Source: an uncultured Candidatus Cloacimonadota bacterium (GTDB lineage: Bacteria; Cloacimonadota; Cloacimonadia; JGIOTU-2). From it: 60,094 bases of DNA. The notes beneath the pieces were generated by a model. That model was not told the origin of the DNA and searched no databases. It worked only from the letters and a program-made list of their open reading frames with translations. The translations under genes were made by a program, and so were the position numbers. Every line of letters starts with the position of its first letter. Positions within the stretch are counted from its first letter, which is position 1. The DNA is taken from the NCBI GenBank assembly GCA_964398885.1, contig CAYNOU010000003.1, forward strand, positions 997 to 61,090, written 5' to 3'. Positions 48,829 to 59,587 of this stretch are shown here, one piece after another.

Positions 48829-51800
48829 TTGAGAACTAAATTATCTGCTTTAATAGTATTTATTCTTTTATTTGTATTTACTACAAATGTAAGTGCAGAT
48901 AAAAATCCAATAGCAATTTTAGAATCAAATTTTGACTTTCTTATTCTGCAATTTGATTTAGGTGAATATCAAATTGACCATTTTAATAATTTTACTGTCA
49001 TAAAAGGAGCACATTTTTCATATAACTACAAAGAAGGTGCAGCAAAACTTCCTGAATTAAGTTTTATTATTGGAATTCCATCTAAAGGGAATATATCATT
49101 CAAAACATTTGATAAGAAAACTTCAAAAATTCCTCTTAAAAATCCTATATTACCGTATCCAGAATATGTTCAAGAAATTGGGGAAAAAACTTGTCATATG
49201 ATTTATAAGATTCAACCAGACATATATTATAACTCACTTTCACCAAGAGATATTGATTTAACCGAACCGTATATCTGGAGAAACCAAAGAGTTGTTAAGC
49301 TAATAATTCATCCTTTTCGGGCTGAGAATAACCAGTTTATTATAACATCAGAATTTAGGATAAGAATAGATTTTGGAGGAAGTGGTCGCATAAAATCAGA
49401 ATTTAAGGATAAGAATTTTGAAAATGTTTTTAAAAACACAATTATTAATTTTGATATTGCAAAAAATTGGTCAATTACTCGCAAAAGAGATATTCCTGAT
49501 AATCCCTTTTCTCACGCTGATAGATGGTTTAAAATACCAATAACGCAAGATGGAATTTATAAGATAACCAAGCAAGAATTAAAAAATGCAGGCATTGATG
49601 TTGATAATTTAAATCCGGAAACAATAAGAATTTTTAATGGCGGAGGTTGCTCATTAGATAGAGATAGTTATACAGGACCATCAGATTTAGATTCAATCCC
49701 AATTTTTTTATCTGATACTGATGATGGATTTCCAATATACTTCTATGCTCGCGATACTGACGGAATTGAAATGAATAGAGAGTATTCCCAATATTATAAT
49801 CCTTATACTCCTACAAATATATATTGGCTTACATATAACACTGATTTGGGTATTAAAAAAAATATTCCATCAGAACCTAAAACTACTTTACAAAACAGAA
49901 GTTCTAAAGAAACCCTAAATATTTATCATTATAAAGAACATCTTGAAGAGGAAAAGATAAGATCAGAACCTAATGGGCTAAAATGGTTTTGGTATAATTT
50001 TTCAGGAACTGGAAGTAATATAAAAAGTATTGAATTTTCAGTTTCAAACCTAATTCAAAATGAAAATCAAGAGATTAGGTTGAAATTTAATACAAGCCCA
50101 AGTTCGGGTTATATCAACTTTAAACTTAATAATGAAGAGATTACATCTTCTTCGACTGGGGGTGGTTCTATTATTTTCAGTGGTAATTTTTTACAAAATG
50201 GAAATAATATTTTAGATATTTATTATTCCGGATCGAAAAGTCTATATTTTGACTACTATAACATAGAATATGATAAAAATTTATCTATGGTAAATAATAG
50301 AGTGGCATTTCCTCTACCTGAAATTAATACTACTTATGAAGTTGAAATTAGCAATGTCCTGAATAATGAATTACAGATTTTTAAAGTTTATGATTTTGAT
50401 AATGTAGAGAGAATTGATAGCTTATATTTTGAAAGTAATAAAGTATATTTTACAGATTCCATAAATAATATTGATATAAAATATTTTGCTGTTTGTCAGG
50501 GTGGATACTTATCACCTTCTCAGATTATTGAAAAGTATAAGCCGGAAGTATATTATTCATATAACGAGAATGGTCAAATAATTGGAGAAGATAAGTCTTG
50601 TTATTTGCGAGATAACATAGAACTTGCAAATACAGATCTTATTATTATCTGTCCTGAAGAATTTTATGAAAAATTAAAAGAATTAGCTAACTTTCATAGT
50701 GAAATTGATAGCATGACTGTTCTGGTTACAAAATTAGATGATGTCTATGATGAATTTTCATGGGGCTTACCTGATGTAGTTGCAATTAGATACTTTTTAC
50801 ATTATGCATTTGACTATTATGGGGCGGATTCTAGGCATAATGTTTCTTATGTAATTTTAGCAGGAGATGGCACAAATGATTTTAGAAAGTATGAAGCCAT
50901 AACTGGTGATAAAAATAAAATTCTCCCCTTTATCAAAGGAACTACTCCATTGGATGATAATTATGTGTGTTTCAGTTCAAGTAATCCAGAAATGATGATT
51001 GGAAGAATTCCTTGTCAAACACAAACGGAATTAGAAATAGTTATTGATAAAATAGTTAACTATACAACAAGTCCTAATTATGGTTTTTGGAGAAGTCGTG
51101 TAATGATTTCTGCAGATGACTTTCTTAAAGATGGTCACCACTACGAGACAGGGAATACTTACAATGCTGAGATTTTATCTTCATTAATAGAAAACAATAT
51201 TGAGCTTATTAAGATTTACGGGATTGATTACCCACTTGATGAATTTCGCAATAGGCCAGAAGCAAATGAAGCTATAATTAAGACTATAAATAATGGGGTT
51301 GGAATATTCGTTTATCTCGGTCATGGAGGTTACGATCTCCTTGGAGACGAAGATTATTTTCGTTCCAGTGATATCTCAAAACTTAATAATTCTGATATGC
51401 TCCCATTTTTCTATGCTGGTTCATGTAATGTTGGTCATTTTGATTCTAATACTTTTGAATCAATGGCTGAAAAGATGCTTCTTGCTAAAAACAGGGGAAC
51501 AATTGCTTCATATGCATCTTCTCGCGGAGGTGGCTTTGGTGATTACGAAGATATCATTTCAGAATTAGTTAATAAGCCAGATGAAGGAATAAGAATCGGT
51601 GAAGCTATAATTACATACACTTTTAATCAAATGTATAACCTTTTTGGGGATCCAGCCGTTAGATTGGTTATACCTCCGAGGGCTGGAAATCTAAAAATTC
51701 CAGAAAGTTATCCAGACTCTCTAAAAGCAAGACAAACAGCTAACATAATTGGTAATATAAATAACCCAGATAATCAGTATGAGCAAATCTTCGCAGTTAC

Positions 51801-52731
51801 TTATGATACGGATTATTCAACCACTTATCTTTATGAAGATGAAGTGGAAGATGTTTGGGTTTGGTTTGATATTGTATTTACTACAAAGGGCAAACCAATA
51901 TTCAAAGGTCCAATTTCATGTTCTCAAGATTCATTCTCTCTTCATTTCATCGTTCCAGATGATATTTATGGAGGTTCTAAAGGTCATATTCTTGCATATG
52001 CGGTTAATACTGATAAAACAAAAGATATTCTTATGTCATATCACAAGCAGTCCAGTCCTAACAATCATAATTTGATTATAAATGGATATAGTGATGCAGT
52101 AAATGACGGTCCTCCTCTAATTAATATCTGGCTTGATAGAGAAGAGTTTAAAAACGGTGATTATGTTTCAGCAACGCCAACACTCTTTGCAAACATTTCC
52201 GATTCTAACGGAATAAATATTACAAATTATCCTGGGCATAGGATTCTTCTTACAATTGATGGTTATTGCGAAGAAAACATAACAGATTATTTTGTATACA
52301 ATGCTGATTCTTACACAGACGGAGCAATTGAGTATAAAATAAACAATTTAAGTGTAGGTAGTCATCAACTGAAATTAGAATTATTTGATAATTTTAATGA
52401 GGGTGCCAATAAAGAGATAAGTTTTAAGATAAAAGAAACCACTAATATAAAAGTCAGCAAAGTTCTCAATTATCCAAATCCGATGAAAAATCTTACCTAT
52501 TTCACATTTTATTTGGATGGAGATGCGGTAGTGGATATTGAGGTCTTTACTATCTCAGGCAAGAAGATAAAGACGATTAGTGATAAAATATGCCAGCCTG
52601 GATATAATCAAATTTTTTGGGATGGAAAAGATAATGAGGGGGATTCTCCTGCAAGTGGTGTGTATTTCTATAAAATCATTCTTAATTCTAAAAGAGTTAA
52701 TAATGTTTATAAACTGATAATATCACATTAA
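48829..52731 (+). CDS. porU: PorU-like T9SS sortase (C25 family) with CTD
   Basis: DGIYKI, VYDEFSWG.PD..AIR, YLGHGG (His), GSCNVG (Cys), SDSNGIN and VLNYPNP motifs. The TTG start is uncertain. Confidence 0.8.
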   Translation: MRTKLSALIVFILLFVFTTNVSADKNPIAILESNFDFLILQFDLGEYQIDHFNNFTVIKGAHFSYNYKEGAAKLPELSFIIGIPSKGNISFKTFDKKTSKIPLKNPILPYPEYVQEIGEKTCHMIYKIQPDIYYNSLSPRDIDLTEPYIWRNQRVVKLIIHPFRAENNQFIITSEFRIRIDFGGSGRIKSEFKDKNFENVFKNTIINFDIAKNWSITRKRDIPDNPFSHADRWFKIPITQDGIYKITKQELKNAGIDVDNLNPETIRIFNGGGCSLDRDSYTGPSDLDSIPIFLSDTDDGFPIYFYARDTDGIEMNREYSQYYNPYTPTNIYWLTYNTDLGIKKNIPSEPKTTLQNRSSKETLNIYHYKEHLEEEKIRSEPNGLKWFWYNFSGTGSNIKSIEFSVSNLIQNENQEIRLKFNTSPSSGYINFKLNNEEITSSSTGGGSIIFSGNFLQNGNNILDIYYSGSKSLYFDYYNIEYDKNLSMVNNRVAFPLPEINTTYEVEISNVLNNELQIFKVYDFDNVERIDSLYFESNKVYFTDSINNIDIKYFAVCQGGYLSPSQIIEKYKPEVYYSYNENGQIIGEDKSCYLRDNIELANTDLIIICPEEFYEKLKELANFHSEIDSMTVLVTKLDDVYDEFSWGLPDVVAIRYFLHYAFDYYGADSRHNVSYVILAGDGTNDFRKYEAITGDKNKILPFIKGTTPLDDNYVCFSSSNPEMMIGRIPCQTQTELEIVIDKIVNYTTSPNYGFWRSRVMISADDFLKDGHHYETGNTYNAEILSSLIENNIELIKIYGIDYPLDEFRNRPEANEAIIKTINNGVGIFVYLGHGGYDLLGDEDYFRSSDISKLNNSDMLPFFYAGSCNVGHFDSNTFESMAEKMLLAKNRGTIASYASSRGGGFGDYEDIISELVNKPDEGIRIGEAIITYTFNQMYNLFGDPAVRLVIPPRAGNLKIPESYPDSLKARQTANIIGNINNPDNQYEQIFAVTYDTDYSTTYLYEDEVEDVWVWFDIVFTTKGKPIFKGPISCSQDSFSLHFIVPDDIYGGSKGHILAYAVNTDKTKDILMSYHKQSSPNNHNLIINGYSDAVNDGPPLINIWLDREEFKNGDYVSATPTLFANISDSNGINITNYPGHRILLTIDGYCEENITDYFVYNADSYTDGAIEYKINNLSVGSHQLKLELFDNFNEGANKEISFKIKETTNIKVSKVLNYPNPMKNLTYFTFYLDGDAVVDIEVFTISGKKIKTISDKICQPGYNQIFWDGKDNEGDSPASGVYFYKIILNSKRVNNVYKLIISH

Positions 52732-52994
52732 ATTTAAATAAAAAATTAAAAAATTAATAAAAAATTTGACAAGAGAATTAAGATTGTGTTAACTTGTCTT
52801 TAATAAATTGGATTAGCAAGGCATTCTAAGTAATTAGGTATTATGCTTAACAGCATAAGAAATTGTTAATGTCTTAGATAGGAAAATGCCTATATGGCAG
52901 AATTATTAAAATGCTAACTTACAAATTAGGATTTTCAGATAAAAATTTTGTCTGAAATGTTTATATTAACAATCTAATATTAAAGGAGAAAACA

Positions 52995-55865
52995 ATGAAA
53001 AAGAAACTTTGCTTTCTAACAATTCTGTTACTAATTTTCTCAGTTTCTCTTAGCTGGGCTATTGTAAAACAAGCTACTGTGCCTACAAACAAAACGGAGA
53101 GCACCCTTCCAAAAATCATAAATTCAGAAAGTCATCCCGTCATTCCCGAAGGCACTGTATTAAGATCAATCAAACATCATCAAGTAGCTCCAATTGACGA
53201 TGAATATGTGAATACCCGTTCAGATAAAGGTGGTGTTGAAACTGTATGGGCTGAAAATTTTGAAACTGAGGACGCATTTTGGTATTACACAGGTGCGGCT
53301 TACATAGTTACTCTTACTCCCGCCGACGAAATTGCCACAAGATTTACTCCATTCCATAATGGTACACTTGATGGAACCTGGATATACTTTTATGGTGGCG
53401 ATGCTACTGAAGTAACTATTAGTGTTTATGACAAGGATGCTAGCGGGTTGCCAGGAACGGTGCTTGGCTCACTTGATGTAGACCCTGGTGCTGGAAATAC
53501 AATAGATTTGTCCTCTTTAGGAATTACACTTACTAGTATGGAAGATTTCTTTATATCTGTTAAGATTAGTACCGGTTCTGACCTTAATGTGATTTGTGAT
53601 GATGGCTCAGGAACCGCTGCGCGTTCATTTAGTAATAGTGGTACTGGATGGATATCCGAAGCTCCTTATGAATGGTGCATTGATGCAATAGTTACTTGGA
53701 CTGACTCATGGACAACTGGAACTGGCAACTGGCAATATATTGAAAATGATACTATTCCTCACAGCCCCACACATTGCTGGTGGATTGATGAAGGGGTAGG
53801 CTATACCAATGACCCATTGGTTTCCCCGACTTTCCATCTTATACCAGGATATAATCTATACTTTATCAGTATGTGGATTAATATTGAATTTCCAAGAACA
53901 GTAGCCCCTACGGGTTATATTGATGAAACTTACAGACTGTGGATTGTAGATACAGATGCACCACTTGTTGATTATTGGCATATAGATGACCTGAATGCTT
54001 ATGAAGGTAATTCCTGGTGGTGTGGACTTGAAGACCCCACCTGGGCTGGTGGCTGGGGTTATGGTAATAATTGGAATCAATGGATTGAGACCCCTGACTT
54101 AGATTTATCCACATCCAGTCCAATTTCCCTTGATTTTATCCAACGCTATGATGTAGAGTTGGATTACGATTATTGTTATGTTGAAATTTCTACTGATAAT
54201 TGGGCTTCACAAACTACTCTTGCTACATATAATGGAACTAATAATACCTGGACTGCAGAGCAGATAGACCTTAGTAGTTATGCTAACGAAAATGTAAAAA
54301 TAAGGTTCCGCTTTATCTCTGATTCTGGCTGGTCTGATGAAGATGGTGATGATACTGAAGGTGCCTGGTTCATAGATAATGTTGTAATATCAGATGGCTC
54401 CACTACTTTCTTTGAAGATAATGCAGACGCTCAACAAAACTTCCTGGTAAATCCCGGCAATTTACCATGGGAAGCACTCTTCTATGATTATGATAGAGAC
54501 TATCCTGCTCCTTCCTGTGGTTGGGAATTAATTGATAAAGATTATATTTTCAATGGCACATGTAATGTTACAGACTATGCTGATAAAGACATCAAACTTA
54601 AGGTAACTGTGTCCACAGACGATAGCACCTATGCCTTTGGTGCAGGCTTCTATGTTGATGATATAGATATCACAGGAATCTCTCTTCCTGAAGTTGATAT
54701 GGCTTGTGATTTCACGCTTGTCCCATATCCATCAACTGTAGGGCTTGATATTAAATCAGATTTAACACCTAAAGTCATTATAAGTCAAAGAGGTTATGGA
54801 AGTTCAGCAGCTAACATACGTATTGATGTAGAAGATACAGGATTTGAACCTCCATTATTTGATTATTATGCACAAAATGCAGGTCCTTTAGGAATGGGTG
54901 AATACGGTCTATTTGATCTAACGAGAAATCCGGGCTATACCCCAGTAGAAGGGACTTATGATTATGTAGCCTGGGTAGAAGCAGCAGGAGATACCGTACC
55001 TGACAACGACTATGCTCCCCCAATGACTGTACAAATCTATCCCGCAGGTGAATATGAACTTGGATATAATAGCAGAGTAGCAGGTCTGTACTATTATCCT
55101 TATATATCAGGAGCATTAACCCATTATACCCCATTTAGTGATGGAATAGTTTCAGGTCCACAACAATTAAGCGGCGTAAGATGGCTCGCATATTATCGTG
55201 GTGGCGAACCAGGAGATTCTGGTGCTTTAACATTTGATGTATATGATGCCATTGATGACACCACATTTGGAGATCTTCTTCATCATGAAGAGATCACTTT
55301 CTCTGCCACAAAATTTGAATGGACATCAATTCCATTTAGTGAATCTGTAACGGTTGATGGGGATTTCTTTATTCTAGTAACAGGTGTGTGGCCTGAAGCA
55401 GGAACTAGTCCAGATAGTTTGGTGTATTTTATGCTCTGTGATAATAATACAGCAGATCTTCTTGGCGAAAGTTATTATGCTGGACATTCTTTCGATTATG
55501 ATCCGGAGACGGGAGAAATGTCTGAGCTCGAAAATGATTTATACTGGAATGCTTTACTGAATATAGAAATAGGTGTTGACCCAGGTCAGGAACCTGAAGT
55601 AGCAACAACTTACCTTAATCAGAACTTCCCGAACCCAGTAACTTCAAATACAAATATCTCATTCAACCTAAAAGCAAATTCTGATGTTAAAATTTCAGTT
55701 TATAACATTAAAGGTCAGTTAGTTGAGACATTGGTAGATAATAAAATGGAGAAAGGACCTCATACTCTTACTTGGAATAACAAATCTCTTTCTAATGGAA
55801 TCTATTTCCTCAGATTAGAGACTAAAGAAACTACAATTACAAAGAAGATGGTTATTCTGCGATAA
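52995..55865 (+). CDS. Large secreted acidic protein with adhesin/immune-inhibitor-like beta-sandwich domains and T9SS-type CTD
   Basis: Signal peptide, YDYCYVEIS and IRFRFISD...WFIDNV motifs, CTD. AAGGAG RBS. Confidence 0.8.
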   Translation: MKKKLCFLTILLLIFSVSLSWAIVKQATVPTNKTESTLPKIINSESHPVIPEGTVLRSIKHHQVAPIDDEYVNTRSDKGGVETVWAENFETEDAFWYYTGAAYIVTLTPADEIATRFTPFHNGTLDGTWIYFYGGDATEVTISVYDKDASGLPGTVLGSLDVDPGAGNTIDLSSLGITLTSMEDFFISVKISTGSDLNVICDDGSGTAARSFSNSGTGWISEAPYEWCIDAIVTWTDSWTTGTGNWQYIENDTIPHSPTHCWWIDEGVGYTNDPLVSPTFHLIPGYNLYFISMWINIEFPRTVAPTGYIDETYRLWIVDTDAPLVDYWHIDDLNAYEGNSWWCGLEDPTWAGGWGYGNNWNQWIETPDLDLSTSSPISLDFIQRYDVELDYDYCYVEISTDNWASQTTLATYNGTNNTWTAEQIDLSSYANENVKIRFRFISDSGWSDEDGDDTEGAWFIDNVVISDGSTTFFEDNADAQQNFLVNPGNLPWEALFYDYDRDYPAPSCGWELIDKDYIFNGTCNVTDYADKDIKLKVTVSTDDSTYAFGAGFYVDDIDITGISLPEVDMACDFTLVPYPSTVGLDIKSDLTPKVIISQRGYGSSAANIRIDVEDTGFEPPLFDYYAQNAGPLGMGEYGLFDLTRNPGYTPVEGTYDYVAWVEAAGDTVPDNDYAPPMTVQIYPAGEYELGYNSRVAGLYYYPYISGALTHYTPFSDGIVSGPQQLSGVRWLAYYRGGEPGDSGALTFDVYDAIDDTTFGDLLHHEEITFSATKFEWTSIPFSESVTVDGDFFILVTGVWPEAGTSPDSLVYFMLCDNNTADLLGESYYAGHSFDYDPETGEMSELENDLYWNALLNIEIGVDPGQEPEVATTYLNQNFPNPVTSNTNISFNLKANSDVKISVYNIKGQLVETLVDNKMEKGPHTLTWNNKSLSNGIYFLRLETKETTITKKMVILR

Positions 55866-55879
55866 TCATCATTCAATTT

Positions 55880-55920
55880 AAGCCCTATCCCGATAAATCG
55901 GGATGGGGCTTTTATTTTTT
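55880..55920 (+). terminator. Intrinsic terminator whose stem includes the TCCCGA palindrome
   Basis: AAGCCCT-ATCCCGATAAATCGGGAT-GGGGCTT followed by a T-rich tract. Confidence 0.8.
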
Positions 55921-55939
55921 GGCATTATAAAAAAATTGT

Positions 55940-57823
55940 ATGACGAAAAAAGTAAAACAATCACTTAAAATCCAACCAATAATTTATTTATTTTCTCTCT
56001 TAATTTTTACTAATCCATTTTTCATAACAAAAAAATACCTTTTATTTTTTCCATATAGACTTTTAGTACTTCAAATTCTAATTTTGGTTATTTGCATTCT
56101 TTTTTTTCTTTCACCCAAATATAAATTTAATAAAAAGAAATATCTCCCATTCTTGATTATTGGCATATATCTTTTTTATAATGTTATTAGAGCTATTTTT
56201 TCAATCCGCCAGATGGCGGATTATAGTTTAGATGTTTTAATATATTTAATCCCTTCAATAATCCTATTTTTTATTATCTCGCAAATTAAAATTAATAAAA
56301 ATGAAAGAAGTTTAATTGCAGGTTCATTTGTTTCCAGTTTTCTTCTTTCAATCATTCCGGGATATTTTCTTCAATCACAGACTGTTGTTTGTTTTTCTCG
56401 TCTTAGTCTAAATTGGGCAAATCCTAATTATTATGCGAGTTATCTCTTAATTACTATCGGTTTTACTATCTATTTATGGAAATTATATTCAAATAAGAAT
56501 GCTAAAAAAAACTGGATAAAATATTTTTCTCTTTTATCATTAATTTTAATTATTGTATTTTTATTCTGGACACAATCGCGTGGAGGTCTCCTTGCTTTTT
56601 TATTAGTGATGACTATTTTTGTATTAGCATACAGTATAAAAGGGTCAAAATTTAAACTTCTTACAACTTTAGTAATTATACTATTAATATTATTCATAGG
56701 ATTATTTTATACTTTTCAAAAAATTCGTCCAGCCACAATTACTTTTAGAGAAAGGATTTATAAATCAACTTTTGATTATATAAAAGATTTCTGGTTGTTT
56801 GGCAGTGGTCTTGGTTCTTTTGCGCATTATTTTCCAAAGTATAGGCAAAGTGATTACAAATTGATAGGACAAGAAGATATTATTACACATACTCACAATG
56901 AATTTATGGAACAATGGGCTGAAACCGGTATAATAGGACTACTACTTTTTTTAGGATTTATTATTGTAATAATATTAGAAGCTATAAAGAAAATTTCAAT
57001 ATTTGAAGCGGAAAGGAAATATTTTATCGGTGCATGCTTGCTATCCTTTCTGCTTTTTATTACTCATAATCTCTTTACCATTACCATGCGACTATCTCCA
57101 TTACAAATCTATTTTTATATTCTTGCAGGCTTAATTTTTGCTAATTATGAGGAAATAAATATTAAAATAAATAGAACGAATAAAAAGAAATATATTCTAT
57201 TCATTCTTATCCCTTTGTTTCTATGGTTAATCTCAATAAATATAAGAAATATAACGGGATTGGGTTATTTTCAGAAATCAAAAGAGATATTTGATATTTC
57301 TAAATTTAGACTATCAACTTCTATCAAATATGCTGAAAAAGCAGAAAAATATATTCCTCATAATGCTGCTTTGCTTTATCATCTTGGTTATTCTTATAAT
57401 TATAAAAAGGATTATAAAAAGTCCATTGAGTTTTTCAATCGTTTGCTTAAGATATCACCTTATTACCCACAAGCTCATTTCTGGAAAGGTTATATTTATT
57501 CTTTGAACAATAATTGGAATAAAGCTATAAATGAATATAAAGATGAGTTAAAATATGACCAATATCCTAAAGTATACTTTAATCTTGCGATAGCTTATTA
57601 TTATAGTAATGATGAAAAATCATCTATTAGTTATTTACAAAAATATGTAGAAAAAATTGTTGAAAAAATAGAGAAAAATCTTGTTTTAGACAGAGAAAGG
57701 ATTTTATCTCAAGAGAAAAGGAACCTTAATTTTGCTTTTGAAAATCTAAAAAAATACTACATTGACAAAGATAAAGATAAAATTTCAGAGTTAGAACAGA
57801 TTAAAAAAATTCTGTCCCCGTAA
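55940..57823 (+). CDS. O-antigen ligase (WaaL/Wzy_C)-family protein with C-terminal TPRs
   Basis: NPN..ASYL, TQSRGG, FGSGLGSF and HTHNE...AETGIIG motifs; TPRs. Confidence 0.85.
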   Translation: MTKKVKQSLKIQPIIYLFSLLIFTNPFFITKKYLLFFPYRLLVLQILILVICILFFLSPKYKFNKKKYLPFLIIGIYLFYNVIRAIFSIRQMADYSLDVLIYLIPSIILFFIISQIKINKNERSLIAGSFVSSFLLSIIPGYFLQSQTVVCFSRLSLNWANPNYYASYLLITIGFTIYLWKLYSNKNAKKNWIKYFSLLSLILIIVFLFWTQSRGGLLAFLLVMTIFVLAYSIKGSKFKLLTTLVIILLILFIGLFYTFQKIRPATITFRERIYKSTFDYIKDFWLFGSGLGSFAHYFPKYRQSDYKLIGQEDIITHTHNEFMEQWAETGIIGLLLFLGFIIVIILEAIKKISIFEAERKYFIGACLLSFLLFITHNLFTITMRLSPLQIYFYILAGLIFANYEEINIKINRTNKKKYILFILIPLFLWLISINIRNITGLGYFQKSKEIFDISKFRLSTSIKYAEKAEKYIPHNAALLYHLGYSYNYKKDYKKSIEFFNRLLKISPYYPQAHFWKGYIYSLNNNWNKAINEYKDELKYDQYPKVYFNLAIAYYYSNDEKSSISYLQKYVEKIVEKIEKNLVLDRERILSQEKRNLNFAFENLKKYYIDKDKDKISELEQIKKILSP

Positions 57824-57941
57824 AAATTAATAACATCATTTTTAAAGAACTGTAATGAGATAAATTTTTTTCTTTACTACGAAAATTGTTTAACACTTAA
57901 ATGGTTAAAATATTACTTATCAATAAATATCTAAGGGTAGG

Positions 57942-59582
57942 ATGAAATCAAAATACAGAGAACTTATAAAAGAAGTTACAGAAAGATACCCGGAAAGAAA
58001 AAAAGAGTTCTTGTCTGGTTCTTCCAACATTGTCAAAAGGCTTTATACACCTGAGGATACTGAGGAAGTAGATTTTGAATCTGATATTGGCTATCCCGGC
58101 TTGTATCCTTATACTCGTGGTGTTCAACCAACAATGTATAGAGGCCGCCTTTGGACAATGCGTCAGTATGCCGGTTTTGGAAATGCTGAGGAATCTAACA
58201 AAAGATATAAATATCTGCTTTCACAGGGTCAAACTGGGCTTTCTATAGCATTCGACCTTTGCACTCAAATTGGATATGATTCTGACCATTCAATGAGCAG
58301 AGGTGAGGTCGGTAAAGTCGGCGTAGCTATTGATTCGCTTGCAGATATGGAAACACTTTTTGATGGAATTCCTTTGGACAGGATTTCAACTTCAATGACA
58401 ATTAATTCAACCGCAGCAATACTTTTAGCTATGTATATAGCAGTGGCAGAAAAACAAGGGGTGTCAAAAGAAAAACTGAAAGGTACTATTCAAAATGATA
58501 TTCTAAAAGAATATATTGCAAGAGGGACATATATTTTTTCACCGAAACCATCAATGCGTTTGATTACAGATATTTTTAAGTATTGCTCGGAAAATATTCC
58601 GCTTTGGAATACCATATCCGTCTCAGGCTATCATATTCGTGAAGCTGGCTCAACTGCTGCTCAAGAAGTTGCATTTACTCTTGCAGATGGAATCGCTTAT
58701 GTAGAAGCTGCAATAAAGGTTGGGTTGAATGTAGATGATTTTGCACCAAGAGTTTCATTCTTTTTTAATTCTCATAACGACTTATTTGAAGAGGTTGCAA
58801 AATTTAGAGCTGCAAGAAGATTGTGGGCAAAGATTATGAAACAAAGATTTAATGCGAAGAATCCAAAATCAATGAAAATGAGATTTCATACTCAAACTGG
58901 AGGCTCAACTTTAACGGCTCAACAGCCTGACAATAATATTGCTCGTGTCACAATTCAAACACTTGCAGCAGTTCTTGGAGGAATGCAATCTCTGCATACA
59001 AATTCAAGAGATGAAGCATTAGCTCTTCCAAGCGAAGATTCAGTTAGAATTGCTCTTAGAACACAACAGATTGTTGCTTATGAAAGTGGCGTTTGCAATA
59101 CAATTGACCCATTAGCAGGTTCTTATTTTATAGAAAGTACAACAAATCAGATTGAAGAGAAAGCAATGGAATACATTTCTCAAATTGATGAACTGGGCGG
59201 AATGGTTGAAGCTATTGAGAAAGGATATGTGCAAAAACAGATTCAAGATAGTGCTTACAAATATCAGAAACAAATAGAGAATGAAGAAAGAATTATTGTA
59301 GGACTTAATAAATTTGTCACAGAAGAGGAGCCGCGCAGAAACCTTTTGAAAGTTGATGAATCAGTTGAGAGATTACAAGTTGAGAAATTGAAAAAAATCA
59401 AACAAGAAAGAGATAATCATAAAGTAGAAATGGCACTAAAAAAGATTAGAGAGACTGCAAAATCCTCTGATAATTTGATGCCTGTAATTTTTGAAGCTGT
59501 TAAAGTATACGCTACTTTAGGTGAGATATGTGATGTTTTGCGTGAGGAATTTGGAGAATATGAAGAACAGCTTGTGCTGTAA
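57942..59582 (+). CDS. Methylmalonyl-CoA mutase, substrate-binding subunit
   Basis: RQYAGF (Tyr) and KEYIARG (Arg) specificity residues; [14 protein letters not shown] and SLHTN motifs. Confidence 0.92.
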   Translation: MKSKYRELIKEVTERYPERKKEFLSGSSNIVKRLYTPEDTEEVDFESDIGYPGLYPYTRGVQPTMYRGRLWTMRQYAGFGNAEESNKRYKYLLSQGQTGLSIAFDLCTQIGYDSDHSMSRGEVGKVGVAIDSLADMETLFDGIPLDRISTSMTINSTAAILLAMYIAVAEKQGVSKEKLKGTIQNDILKEYIARGTYIFSPKPSMRLITDIFKYCSENIPLWNTISVSGYHIREAGSTAAQEVAFTLADGIAYVEAAIKVGLNVDDFAPRVSFFFNSHNDLFEEVAKFRAARRLWAKIMKQRFNAKNPKSMKMRFHTQTGGSTLTAQQPDNNIARVTIQTLAAVLGGMQSLHTNSRDEALALPSEDSVRIALRTQQIVAYESGVCNTIDPLAGSYFIESTTNQIEEKAMEYISQIDELGGMVEAIEKGYVQKQIQDSAYKYQKQIENEERIIVGLNKFVTEEEPRRNLLKVDESVERLQVEKLKKIKQERDNHKVEMALKKIRETAKSSDNLMPVIFEAVKVYATLGEICDVLREEFGEYEEQLVL

Positions 59583-59587
59583 ATTTA

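Noticed and set aside
2672-57506. Numerous 60-195-aa ORFs overlapping larger genes on other frames or strands
   Set aside because: They are shadow ORFs with no motifs or translation signals, overlapping well-supported genes.
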